44,150 nucleotides of DNA from Candidatus Poribacteria bacterium. Lineage in GTDB: Bacteria > Poribacteria > WGA-4E > UBA9662. Under the pieces are notes generated by a model. That model had not been told where the DNA came from, did no database searches, and saw only the letters and a program-made list of their open reading frames with translations. The stretch is from positions 1-44,150 of the forward strand of contig JAYGDX010000209.1 in assembly GCA_046582655.1 (NCBI GenBank), written 5' to 3'. Positions 9,774 to 22,513 of the stretch are shown here, one piece after another (the stretch's first letter is position 1; each line of letters begins with the position of its first letter). The translations under genes were made by a program, and so were the position numbers.

Positions 9774-10769
9774 TTAAGTGTTTTCTCGGATTTTTTTTAG
9801 TATGGTATCTAGTTTCTCAGTTTGTTCTTTTCGTAATCGGTTATACACTTTTTCAGATATTTGTTCCTTTTCATAAACAGTGTCGAGGTGTGATATGAGT
9901 TCGAGCCGAGCGTTTTTTGCCTGATTCAGGTCTTTGCTGTTTAGTTTCTTTAACCAATTTAGATCAGCAATATTCTGCTGAGCAAGGAATTGATTTGCGT
10001 GCGGTGGTGACACCCGGATTTTGAAATGGATTACTACTAAAAACCCGCCGAGAATTGCTGCAGCAATTGCAATAAGAATTCGCAACCACGTTTCTGTCTT
10101 TGGGTTTTGGATGGTTGATGTTGAAGGAGGTTTCCTGATTTGGAAACGAACATCAGCTAATTGGCCTGGTTGCAGGCTTGCTGCAGAACTGGATGTGTAA
10201 ATATTATAAGTTTGATCGTGAATTCGTTCCTGCTGATTTTCACTTAGGAATTCAGTGCTAGGAACCAGCGGGATTCCTTCAGGTATAAATGTGTTCAACT
10301 GAACTGTCTCACAGTTGATTCTCCGTGATAGATCAAGCGTTTCACTGAGACGGATTGTGTAAGTGAAACCAAAATTTTGTGTTTCGCTAGGCTTAATTAA
10401 GCCCAGAAGTTCAAGGCTTCCAGAATTTTCTGCTAGCCTACCCACAGATTGGGGCTCCAGTTTTAGATTTAGAAACTCCTTTGGTAAAGAACATAAGATT
10501 ATTGGTGAATCACCTTGGTGTTGGGTGGTAGCATCTTGATTTTGTGCCTGTATTAATTCCATCACGGTAATGAGTTCATTTCCAATATGTGTAATAACCA
10601 GAGTATGTTGCAGAATCTCTATTCTTGGCTGTTTATGGGTTGAATTGTCTGCATTGGGTTCTTCTGCAAAGCCTGTATAGTGGATTTGGCAGGTTAGTGA
10701 AGTTAGAATAATAAGAACAGAAAATGTAGGACGCCAAAAGGAAAACTGACAGGCTTTTGTCCCGTTCAT
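9774..10769 (-). CDS. Membrane-anchored hypothetical protein (extracytoplasmic beta domain, TM helix, C-terminal CcmI/SHOCT-like helix)
   Basis: N-terminal hydrophobic segment, TM WLRILIAIAAAILGGFLVVIHF, C-terminal RLELISHLDTVYEKEQISEKVYNRL. Confidence 0.7.
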   Translation of the reverse strand: MNGTKACQFSFWRPTFSVLIILTSLTCQIHYTGFAEEPNADNSTHKQPRIEILQHTLVITHIGNELITVMELIQAQNQDATTQHQGDSPIILCSLPKEFLNLKLEPQSVGRLAENSGSLELLGLIKPSETQNFGFTYTIRLSETLDLSRRINCETVQLNTFIPEGIPLVPSTEFLSENQQERIHDQTYNIYTSSSAASLQPGQLADVRFQIRKPPSTSTIQNPKTETWLRILIAIAAAILGGFLVVIHFKIRVSPPHANQFLAQQNIADLNWLKKLNSKDLNQAKNARLELISHLDTVYEKEQISEKVYNRLRKEQTEKLDTILKKIRENT

Positions 10770-10771
10770 TT

Positions 10772-11113
10772 CTATTGGTCCTCAAATCGACGACGTTCCT
10801 TATACTCTTGTATCTCATCCTCCAGCGATTTTTCACTTGGGGTTTCAATCCGATTCAAGATCTCTGCTGTTTCGTGCAGAAGTTCTTGGTGTAACATTTG
10901 ATAGTCTCTCTCAGAAATTTTTCCAACTTCGTAGTCTTCATCAAGATCAACCAGTGCTGAGTAACTCTGTTCGCGCTGTAGAGCCAGTTGTTGTAAGGCA
11001 GAATCCGTTACATCAGTTTCTGGTTGCACCTGTTGAGACGACCAGAGAGGGAAAGCCAGGTAAATTAAAAGTAGAATGCCAAGGATGATAATCCATAGGA
11101 AGATAAGCGTCAT
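10772..11113 (-). CDS. Small membrane protein resembling the CcmI N-terminal region
   Basis: N-terminal TM ending AFPLW, then REQSYSALVDLDEDYEVGKISERDYQMLHQEL. Confidence 0.65.
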   Translation of the reverse strand: MTLIFLWIIILGILLLIYLAFPLWSSQQVQPETDVTDSALQQLALQREQSYSALVDLDEDYEVGKISERDYQMLHQELLHETAEILNRIETPSEKSLEDEIQEYKERRRFEDQ

Positions 11114-11145
11114 GCATTTTATCCCGGAAATAAATTGGTATCTTA

Positions 11146-11193
11146 AACAAAAAAATGGAAATTAGGAAAAACCGCAACCCCTAATTTCCATTT
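11146..11193 (-). terminator. Intrinsic terminator of the OmpA-family gene
   Basis: Perfect 14-bp inverted repeat aaatggaaattagg (11153-11166) / cctaatttccattt (11180-11193), followed by a U-tract on the minus strand. Confidence 0.8.
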
Positions 11194-11246
11194 AATTTAA
11201 TGTGAAAACTGTCGCTTAGATTACCAAATGATGTAGATAAAACATG

Positions 11247-12158
11247 TTAAGGACTTGCTTTAAGAAACGTAACTGTAGCTCGTCGATTCATGTCGCGACC
11301 AGCTTTGGTGTTGGTAGGACCAACTGGTCTTGTGTGTCCATGTCCCACTGTTTCTATTGTGTTGGAAACACCCTTTTGCTTAAGATATTTTGCAACTGAC
11401 TCAGCGCGTGCTTGTGAAAGGTCCCAGTTACTGCGGTAAGATCCGCTTAAAACCGGGTTCCCATCAGCATGTCCTGCTACAGAAACTGCCCTATCCCCAT
11501 GTGCATTTATATCAGCAACTATGTCATCCAAAGCCTTTTTAGCAGCCGAATTCAAGCTAGATCTGCCACTGGAAAAATGGACTTTAGTAAGACTCCGCTC
11601 CCGTGCATCCCATAGTGCGTTGAATTTGCCGATTTCCGCAGCGTTAGCCTTCACGACAGCATTGCTGTCACCGATAGCTTTCTCCAGGTCTTGGGCTGTA
11701 TCCGCTGCTTTACTGTCCAAAGCGCTTACCGCTCCACGGATCTCCTCATCCGCTTCCTTACTAAGTTGTTGAGCTGTAGCTACAGCTCCTTCAGCGGCTT
11801 TCTGAACTTTCTCTCCAACTACATCAGCATGGGCTTTGGCAGCTGCAATTGTGTCGGCATCCCCTTGTTCTGAAACGGAAATAGACTCGTTTTTCGCGCG
11901 GTCAATCGCTTCTGTAAGGGTGTCTTTTTGCTGATCGACCTTGCCATCAAGACTATCCAGAGCGTTGTTTAAGTCTGCAAAGCTTTTTTCTTGCTTACCG
12001 ATATACCCTTCTCCGTGCTCACGCTCACCTGTTTCCTCATCGATGATCGGGCCGTCTCTCCAGGCTAAAAAATCATTTTCCTTCAATCGTCCACATCCTG
12101 TGAGCACTACACTAAGGACAAAAACGCTCAGCACAACGAATGCTGATATATTTTTCAT
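11247..12158 (-). CDS. OmpA/MotB-family peptidoglycan-binding lipoprotein with helical linker
   Basis: Lipobox LTG-C. C-terminal VHFSSGRSSL, GHAD, NWDLSQARAESV, NRRA. AGGAG RBS. Confidence 0.9.
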   Translation of the reverse strand: MKNISAFVVLSVFVLSVVLTGCGRLKENDFLAWRDGPIIDEETGEREHGEGYIGKQEKSFADLNNALDSLDGKVDQQKDTLTEAIDRAKNESISVSEQGDADTIAAAKAHADVVGEKVQKAAEGAVATAQQLSKEADEEIRGAVSALDSKAADTAQDLEKAIGDSNAVVKANAAEIGKFNALWDARERSLTKVHFSSGRSSLNSAAKKALDDIVADINAHGDRAVSVAGHADGNPVLSGSYRSNWDLSQARAESVAKYLKQKGVSNTIETVGHGHTRPVGPTNTKAGRDMNRRATVTFLKASP

Positions 12159-12263
12159 TTGGTTTCTCCTTAACGAAAAATCATAAACTTCGTATTGGTA
12201 TTTTATTTAGAGAGCTGGATTCTACTCAGCTATTTCTCGAAAACCCCCAAAATACAGAGGCCC

Positions 12264-12293
12264 ATTGTAGCATAACATCTGATACGAATACAA
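12264..12293 (-). promoter_or_regulatory. Putative sigma70 promoter for the OmpA-family gene
   Basis: TTGTAT-18 nt-TACAAT with an extended -10 TG on the minus strand. Confidence 0.5.
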
Positions 12294-12320
12294 GAAAAAA
12301 AACCTGATTTCTTCTAGATG

Positions 12321-13568
12321 TCAGGGTTGTCTTATATTCTCATACTCAGAAATGGCTTGCTTAATGGGAAGACTATGAGGGAACCACGAGATAATTTTGC
12401 GAATAACTTCATCAAGCAGGATATCAGGACAGGATGCTCCTGCTGTTAATATAATTTCAATCGTGTTCCCATCTTTCTTTTTGGGTAACCAGTTAATAGT
12501 ATCCATAAGTTTCTTAGTATGGATGTCTAAGTGGCGGATTTGCTTAGAAGATACTAATTCGTTTGCATCACGAATGAAGTAGGTTGGCATATGAGCTTCA
12601 CATAGCTCAACAAGATGGCTTGTGTTTGAGGAATTATACCCGCCAACGATAATGGTAAAGTCGGCTCCATCTTCAATGAGAGCGAGCGTCGCATCTTGGT
12701 TTTCCTTAGTTGCATAGCAGAGGGTGTCTTTGGTATCGATGAAGTGGTCGCGTGAATTTTCTTTGCCGTATCGACTGATTATGGCTTGGTGTAGTATGTC
12801 GGCGATGGTTTCTGTCTCGTTGGCGAGCATTGTTGTCTGGTTCACAACACCAATCCGGCTAAGATGAAATTGCGGGTTAAACCCATTTGAATAGCAATTT
12901 TCAAAGCGTTTATAGAAAAATTTCTCTGATATCTCTCCGCGGATCATTTTCGCTAGGTCCTCAGCTTCGGCAATGTTCAAGATGACGATAACATGTGCTT
13001 CCGAATTGGCATGGGAAAAGGTCGCACGTGTTTCTTCATGGTCTCGCTTGCCGTGGATTACAACTGTGTAGTCTCGTCGCCCGATTTCTTCACTTTTCTT
13101 CCAAACTTTTTCCACAAAAGGACAAGTTGTATCATACTTATGTGGACTAATATTACGTTCATTCAACGCGTTTTCAATTTCAACGGTTGTGCCAAAGGCC
13201 GGGATGATTACGATATCATCTTTATTTAATTTTTCGAAGGGGATTAACTGCTCACCGGAAGTTTTGCTGATGAATTGTACGCCACGTTTCTGCAGATCAT
13301 TATTAACGTGGGGGTTGTGGATCATTTCTGATAAAAGGAATATTCGTTTATCTGGATTTTCATCAAGTGCTTGGTATGCGATCTCAATGGCGTTCTCGAC
13401 TCCGAAGCAGAAGCCTAAGTGTCTGGCAATTTTGAAGCAAACTGACCCAAAGTTCAACGTTGAGGGTGATAGGTCTCGCTTGCGAGGATCCGTTATGCGA
13501 CGTGCGTGTTTGATTACGGAAATAATCGGGCTGCGGAAAAAGTGCGGAACATCAAATGTTCGTGACAA
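12321..13568 (-). CDS. ispH: 4-hydroxy-3-methylbut-2-enyl diphosphate reductase
   Basis: GFCFGVENAI, IHNPHV, DTTCPFV, HEET, NQTT, TLCYATKENQ, SSNT, TAGASCP. Confidence 0.95.
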   Translation of the reverse strand: MSRTFDVPHFFRSPIISVIKHARRITDPRKRDLSPSTLNFGSVCFKIARHLGFCFGVENAIEIAYQALDENPDKRIFLLSEMIHNPHVNNDLQKRGVQFISKTSGEQLIPFEKLNKDDIVIIPAFGTTVEIENALNERNISPHKYDTTCPFVEKVWKKSEEIGRRDYTVVIHGKRDHEETRATFSHANSEAHVIVILNIAEAEDLAKMIRGEISEKFFYKRFENCYSNGFNPQFHLSRIGVVNQTTMLANETETIADILHQAIISRYGKENSRDHFIDTKDTLCYATKENQDATLALIEDGADFTIIVGGYNSSNTSHLVELCEAHMPTYFIRDANELVSSKQIRHLDIHTKKLMDTINWLPKKKDGNTIEIILTAGASCPDILLDEVIRKIISWFPHSLPIKQAISEYENIRQP

Positions 13569-13612
13569 GCTGAGTACTCCTAAGATAACGGATGTAGGGT
13601 TTTGGGGTGATT

Positions 13613-13747
13613 TTACGCGCTTAGTACTTTTCGCCCCTTCGCTCGTCGTTGGGACAATATTTTGCGGCCGTGTCGATCCGACATGCGCTTGCGAAAACCA
13701 AATTTATTTTTCCGTTTCCGGCGGCTCGGTTGGTATGTTCTCTTCAC
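13613..13747 (-). CDS. rpmH: 50S ribosomal protein L34 (44 aa, GTG start; not in ORF track)
   Basis: Manual translation [53 protein letters not shown] upstream. Canonical position divergent from dnaN. Confidence 0.96.
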   Translation of the reverse strand: MKRTYQPSRRKRKNKFGFRKRMSDRHGRKILSQRRAKGRKVLSA

Positions 13748-13800
13748 CGAGTTCACTCCTTTCAGGATTTAATGTTATTCCTTTATGTGAAACGTATTTT

Positions 13801-13830
13801 ATAGTATGGCATCTTATCACGTTTTGTCAA
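13801..13830 (-). promoter_or_regulatory. Putative sigma70 promoter for rpmH-ispH
   Basis: TTGACA-18 nt-TACTAT on the minus strand. Confidence 0.65.
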
Positions 13831-13840
13831 GTTTTTTGGG

Positions 13841-13870
13841 TTGCTGAAAATGAAATTATGATGATATAAT
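13841..13870 (+). promoter_or_regulatory. Putative sigma70 promoter for the dnaN operon
   Basis: TTGCTG-18 nt-TATAAT with extended -10 (TGnTATAAT). Confidence 0.65.
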
Positions 13871-13960
13871 AACAAAGAATTAACTAGTATGTTAAAAGAT
13901 CGATAATAATTTGTTAAGCTTTATACTGATGTGGTTTTGATTTCTATACGGGGCTTTCGT

Positions 13961-13990
13961 TAAGGGGATTTATAGTAAGGGGATTAATAG
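13961..13990 (+). repeat. 15-bp near-perfect tandem duplication of the dnaN RBS region
   Basis: taaggggatttatag / taaggggattaatag (1 mismatch), directly before the ATG. Confidence 0.85.
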
Positions 13991-15109
13991 ATGGAATTGA
14001 TGTTTCAAAAAGAAGACCTCTCGAAGTATCTTCAGATGCTACAAGGTGTTGCTTCAGGTCGGAACACCTTGCCGATCCTTTCAAATATACTTATTCGTGC
14101 TGGAAATGGGAAGATTGAGATGGCAGCAACGGATCTTGAAGTTGGTATCAAAGTCAATGTTCCTGGTGAGATCACTGAAGAAGGCGATATCACCGTGCCT
14201 GCCAGAAAACTTGCCGAAATTGTGCGGGAATTGGCATCTGAGCATGCTGTAAAACTCGTTACGGTTGAAAACGATCGCGTTCAAGTTGAATCCGGTGATG
14301 GGGTTTATAAAATTGTTGGCATGCCTGCAGACGATTTTCCGCCAATGCCAGAAATTGATGGTGATTCCTTTACTATTAGTGGAGAACTGCTGATTTCAAT
14401 GATTGATAAGACGGAGTTTGCCGCTTCTACTGAGGAGGCTCGATATTTTCTGAATGGTCTTTATTTTAGCCTTACATCTGAGTTGACAAAAGTGGTTGCG
14501 ACTGATGGACGCAGGCTTGCTGTTGCTTCGAGTGAAACACTGCTAGCGGACGAGGATGAGGGAAATTCGATTGGTGTCATCGTCCCACTCAAAGCGATAA
14601 AGGAAATTGCCAAGATTTTTGTTGAGTCACCGGAAGTTAAGATATCGCTCAAAGAAAATCAGATTCTTTTCGCAGATGATGATGCAACCTTAGTCTCTCG
14701 ACTTGTTGATGGTGAGTATCCCCAGTACGAGAAGATTATTCCGGATTCGAATGAAATAGAAATAGGAATTGTTGTTGATAGCGATAAAATTTCAGGATCT
14801 CTTCGGCGTGTTTCTCTGTTTTCCAACCCCAAGAATCGGTTGTTGCGGGTTGATGTTAAAAGTGAGACAATGAGGGTTTCAGCGAAAAGCCCGGAATTTG
14901 GCGAAGCATTTGAAACACTCGAAGTTTCCAGTGCTAATGGTGAGATAGATATCGGTTTTGATGCACAGTACATTAAAGAAGCCCTCGCGCACATTGGTTC
15001 GGGTGAGATCCTTTTCGAGTTCAAAGACGCGTTAAGCGCAGTCACGATTAGACCAGTTGAATCGGAAGATCATCTCTGCCTTATTATGCCGATGCGGCTC
15101 GATGCTTAG
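13991..15109 (+). CDS. dnaN: DNA polymerase III beta sliding clamp
   Basis: TLPILSNIL, ATDLE, VATDGRRLA, GEYPQY, C-terminal LIMPMR. Confidence 0.97.
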   Translation: MELMFQKEDLSKYLQMLQGVASGRNTLPILSNILIRAGNGKIEMAATDLEVGIKVNVPGEITEEGDITVPARKLAEIVRELASEHAVKLVTVENDRVQVESGDGVYKIVGMPADDFPPMPEIDGDSFTISGELLISMIDKTEFAASTEEARYFLNGLYFSLTSELTKVVATDGRRLAVASSETLLADEDEGNSIGVIVPLKAIKEIAKIFVESPEVKISLKENQILFADDDATLVSRLVDGEYPQYEKIIPDSNEIEIGIVVDSDKISGSLRRVSLFSNPKNRLLRVDVKSETMRVSAKSPEFGEAFETLEVSSANGEIDIGFDAQYIKEALAHIGSGEILFEFKDALSAVTIRPVESEDHLCLIMPMRLDA

Positions 15110-16307
15110 CTTGAGACCTTCAGGAAATTGCTTCAGTGCCGCCGCCTCTTAATTTCTGACTGTATCTTGGTACTGAGGTAACTGTAGGGTATGCGATTAA
15201 ATAGTCTCGTGTTGCGGAATTTCAGGAATTATGCTGATTGTGAAATCGAGTTTCCTGACCGCGTTAATCTGGTTGTTGGGAAGAACGCGCAAGGAAAAAC
15301 CAATCTTCTCGAAGCAATCCATTTCATCAGCACATCCAAGTCTCACCGAACTTTCCTTGATGATGAATTAATTAAGCATGATGATAACTGGTTTTATCTT
15401 CGTGCGTGCATTGCGAATTCCCAGAATGGCGATGTTTGTGATGTCGATGAAATGAAAGTTGAGGTATCTAAAGAACTTCGCGGAAACAAAAAGTTTAAGG
15501 TTGATGGAAGTGTAATTCCAAAAATTTCGGCATGGATAGGGCGTTTTCAAGTTGTTTTTTTTGCTCCTGAGTCGCTTTCTTTGGTCAAGGGCGCTCCGGT
15601 TGGGCGTCGCCGTTTTCTTGATACGCTTATTTCTCAAATAGATAGATCTTATTTGAGTCAACTTCAGAATTACCAGGTTACGCTAAAACAACGAAACCAA
15701 CTCCTTAAGCAGATTCGTCCAAACTATGTAGAAAAGAGTTTGCTTGGACCTTGGGATGGATTGCTTGCTGAGGATGGTGTGTCAATTGCCAAGACACGAT
15801 CGTCTGTCATCCAGGCTTTAAGAATTCATGCTTGTGAAAAGCATGAAAATTTGAGCGATAATTGTGAGAGATTGGATGTCGTGTATCGTCCTTCAGTTGG
15901 TGAAGTTGTCGATTTACCGAGAGATGATGCTATCAAACAGTTTCTTGCTAAGCTTGAAGGTGCCCATTCGACAGACTCTATGAGAGGAACGACATCGGTT
16001 GGTCCGCACAGGGATGATTTTGATTTGATGGTACAAGGTCAGGAAGACTCAGTTTTTTATGAAGCAAAATCGTACTGTTCACAAGGCCAACAGCGTACAA
16101 TTGCAGTTGCACTCAAGTTAGCTGAACTTGAGGTTCTTCGAGAACATAGCGGTTCAGCTCCTGTTGTCATGTTGGATGATGTCCTCTCTGAACTTGACAG
16201 TGTGCGGTCAAAGATGCTTTTTGATTTACTCGAAAATCTTGATGTTCAGACTTTTATTACTATGACCGAAATGGAAATGTGGTTGAGTCCGCATAAGGAT
16301 TGCCACA

Positions 16308-19330
<3,023 letters not shown>

Positions 19331-19371
19331 GACACCTGAATTTGAGGGAATAGAGAAGGACGTAAAGAAAT

Positions 19372-21819
19372 ATGAAGTCACCGCATAACCGCGAAGGTGA
19401 ACAGATTCAGCCTCTCTACATTGAGGATGAGTTGAAAAAATCGTATTTGACATACGCTATGAGTGTCAATACCAACCGGGCTATTCCTGATGTTCGGGAT
19501 GGGTTGAAACCTTCAACGCGCCGCATTATTTACGCTATGGGAGAGATAAATCTCACTTCAAATCGCTCACACGATAAATGTGCCGCTGTGGTTGGTGAGG
19601 TCATGAAAAATTATCATCCACATGGGGATGGACCAATCTATTCTACCCTGGTTGGTTTAGTTCAAGAATTTGCAATGCGGTATCCGATTGTTGATGGTCA
19701 AGGGAATTTTGGATCCATTGATGATGATCCAGCTGGTGCAATGCGGTACACTGAATGTCGATTGACAAAGATTGCAGATGAAATGCTGGCTGATGTTCAT
19801 AAAGGGACAGTCGATTTTCAACCCAATTATAAGGAATCTACCAGTGAGCCAACAGTTCTTCCCGCACTTTTGCCAAATTTGATACTTAATGGGACAACCG
19901 GGATTGGGGTAGGTTATTTAACTCGTATTCCACCCCACAATTTGAATGAGGTTGTGGATGGGATTCTACTACTTCTCGAAAATCCGGAGGCGTCGATTGA
20001 CGAATTGATGGAGTTCATTCCTGGTCCAGACTTTCCTACCGCTGGCATAATTGTTGGTCGAGAAGGTATTCGTGATGTTTACAGTACAGGCCGTGGTTCA
20101 ATTCTCGTTCGTGCGAGGGCCGTTGTTGAACGCCGTCAAGATGGTAGGGAGCAAATTATTGTCACCGAAATGCCATTTCAGGTTAAGAAAAATCAATTGC
20201 TGATGAAGATGTATGATTTGGTGTCCAGCAAAACAATTACTGGTATTTCGGATATTCGAGATGAGTCTGACAGAGATATACGAGTTGTCATTGATCTGAA
20301 GCGTGGTGAAATTGCACAGGTCATACTAAATCAACTCTTTAAGCATACCCAGATGCAGTCAAACTATAGTGCCATTATGCTTTGTTTAGTTGAAGGCTTA
20401 CCGAAGGCACTCACACTCCCGCAAATATTGGCCTACTATATTGAGCACCGACGCGGAGTGGTTCGAAGACGGACACAATTTGAATTGAGTAAGAGTGAGA
20501 GTCGAGCGCATATTCTGGAAGGTTATCGAACGGCGCTAAGCAATATTGAAGAAATCATAGAAACTGTGCAGACAGCCGATTCACCTGAATCCGCTAAGGA
20601 TCTCTTGATTGTGAATTATGAGTTCTCCGAAGTTCAAGCGAGCGGAATTCTGACGATGACCCTTCGTCAACTTACTGGGCTTGAAAGACAAAAAATCAAT
20701 GATGAATATACTGATTTGATTGCGCTCGTTGCAGAGTTGAGGGCAATTCTTGACAGTGAATTGCTGGTAACTGATATTATGAAACAGGAACTTCTAGAAC
20801 TTAAAGAAAAATATGGGGATGAACGTCGTACTGAAATTGCCGGTGCGGTCAAAGATTTTGATATTGAAGATTTAATTGCAGATGAGGAGATGGTGGTAGT
20901 AGTTTCTCATTCCGGATACATCAAACGTATACCGAGTGATACCTATCGACAGCAACACCGTGGTGGAAAAGGTATCATTGGCATGGGAACTAAAGATGAT
21001 GATTACATTGAGCATATTTTTATTGCTTCCGCTCATCAGTACATTTTGTTTTTTACTGATTATGGCAAATGTTATTGGCTCAAAGTGTTTGAAATTCCGG
21101 AGGGTAGCCGAACCGCACGGGGACGAGCGATCGTCAATCTGCTGAGGATTGAAGGAAATGAGCAGGTTACCACGTTTGTCCCTATACGTGAATTCGATCC
21201 GGAGAAGTTTGTTTTCATGGCGACCGAAAACGGCACAGTTAAGAAATGCAGTCTGGAGGTATTTAGCAGGCCATATTCTGCTGGGATTATTGCAATTAAT
21301 CTGGTGGGTGAGGATCGGCTTGTTGGTGTGGAACTTATGGAGAAGGATTACCATATTGTATTGGTTACTAAGAAAGGGATGTCGATTCGTTTCAGCGAAG
21401 ATGGCGTTCGGAGTGTGGGGCGGCCCGCACAAGGTGTGCGTGGTATTCGTCTTGCTGGGGATGATAAGGTTGTTGGTATGGTTACTGCTGCTGAGGAAAA
21501 CAGCACCGTGCTTGTCGTAACTGAAAACGGTTATGGAAAGCGTACATCACTAGATGCATACCGACGACAATCACGTGGTGGTAAAGGGGTCATTACTGTT
21601 AAGACCAGTAAACGAAATGGAGATGTTGTTGCTGTTAAGATGGTTAAAGATGGTGATGAACTGGTTATCATTAGCTCGAGTGGCATGGTAACTCGGATGG
21701 GCGTACGTGTTCTGCGGAAGATCGGCCGAAATACGCAAGGTGTGCGGATGATGTCTTTAAATGCTGACGAGGTGGTAGTTGACGTTGGACAGATCCTAGC
21801 TGAAAATGAAGGTGAATAA
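19372..21819 (+). CDS. gyrA: DNA gyrase subunit A
   Basis: RAIPDVRDGLKP, YHPHGD, AMRYTE (catalytic Tyr), GyrA-box QHRGGKG, pinwheel repeats. Confidence 0.96.
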   Translation: MKSPHNREGEQIQPLYIEDELKKSYLTYAMSVNTNRAIPDVRDGLKPSTRRIIYAMGEINLTSNRSHDKCAAVVGEVMKNYHPHGDGPIYSTLVGLVQEFAMRYPIVDGQGNFGSIDDDPAGAMRYTECRLTKIADEMLADVHKGTVDFQPNYKESTSEPTVLPALLPNLILNGTTGIGVGYLTRIPPHNLNEVVDGILLLLENPEASIDELMEFIPGPDFPTAGIIVGREGIRDVYSTGRGSILVRARAVVERRQDGREQIIVTEMPFQVKKNQLLMKMYDLVSSKTITGISDIRDESDRDIRVVIDLKRGEIAQVILNQLFKHTQMQSNYSAIMLCLVEGLPKALTLPQILAYYIEHRRGVVRRRTQFELSKSESRAHILEGYRTALSNIEEIIETVQTADSPESAKDLLIVNYEFSEVQASGILTMTLRQLTGLERQKINDEYTDLIALVAELRAILDSELLVTDIMKQELLELKEKYGDERRTEIAGAVKDFDIEDLIADEEMVVVVSHSGYIKRIPSDTYRQQHRGGKGIIGMGTKDDDYIEHIFIASAHQYILFFTDYGKCYWLKVFEIPEGSRTARGRAIVNLLRIEGNEQVTTFVPIREFDPEKFVFMATENGTVKKCSLEVFSRPYSAGIIAINLVGEDRLVGVELMEKDYHIVLVTKKGMSIRFSEDGVRSVGRPAQGVRGIRLAGDDKVVGMVTAAEENSTVLVVTENGYGKRTSLDAYRRQSRGGKGVITVKTSKRNGDVVAVKMVKDGDELVIISSSGMVTRMGVRVLRKIGRNTQGVRMMSLNADEVVVDVGQILAENEGE

Positions 21820-22513
21820 GGAAATCTACGTTCAACAGATTTTTTCGTCGATCGCTAAAAGGTATGATTTTCTGAATTCGCTGCTCAGTTTAAATCTTGA
21901 TCGATCCTGGCGGGAATTTGCAGTGCAGCTGAGTGGCGCTTCTACAGATAGTAGCGTTCTGGATGTCTGTGCAGGAACAGGTGAATTGGCCGCTGCTTAC
22001 GCTGAAGCAATTGGTCAACACGCTAGTGTTTTAAGTACTGATTTCTGCTTTAGTATGTTGGCGGTTGGACAAGAAAAGTTTAAAAACCGAAGCACCTCCT
22101 TTTTTATTCCAATTGAGGCTGACACGCTTAGTCTCCCGTTTCAAGATGATACCTTTGAGATTGTGTCTGTAGGTTTTGGCATCCGAAATGTCTCCCACCT
22201 GCAAAAAGGCATTTCCGAAATGATACGTGTTACCATCCCTGGTGGGCGTGTGGTGGTGCTTGAGTTTACACAGCCGGCCGTACCTGTCATTAAGCATGCT
22301 TATTATCTTTATTTCAAGAAAGTTTTGCCTTTAATCGGTAACTTGATTTCCAAGAATCGTCATGATGCCTATGGTTATCTTCCCAGTTCGGTGATGGAGT
22401 TTCCCGATTGTTATCAACTCAAGATGATTATGGAGGAGTGCGGATTGGTCAATGTTAGCTACTATCTCCGAACATTTGGCATTGTAGCTGTACATGTGGG
22501 AAGTAAAAGATGA
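21806..22513 (+). CDS. ubiE: Ubiquinone/menaquinone biosynthesis methyltransferase (UbiE/MenG)
   Basis: FSSIAKRYDFLNSLLS, LDVCAGTG, GFGIRNV, PGGRVVVLEF, AYGYLPSS. Confidence 0.9.
   Translation: MKVNKEIYVQQIFSSIAKRYDFLNSLLSLNLDRSWREFAVQLSGASTDSSVLDVCAGTGELAAAYAEAIGQHASVLSTDFCFSMLAVGQEKFKNRSTSFFIPIEADTLSLPFQDDTFEIVSVGFGIRNVSHLQKGISEMIRVTIPGGRVVVLEFTQPAVPVIKHAYYLYFKKVLPLIGNLISKNRHDAYGYLPSSVMEFPDCYQLKMIMEECGLVNVSYYLRTFGIVAVHVGSKR

Noticed and set aside
13189..13869. 226-aa plus-strand ORF
   Set aside because: Antisense shadow of ispH and rpmH.
13748..13990. oriC in the AT-rich rpmH-dnaN spacer
   Set aside because: Gene orientation flips here, but I found no DnaA boxes (best candidates have about 3 mismatches) and no obvious skew change, so I did not call it.
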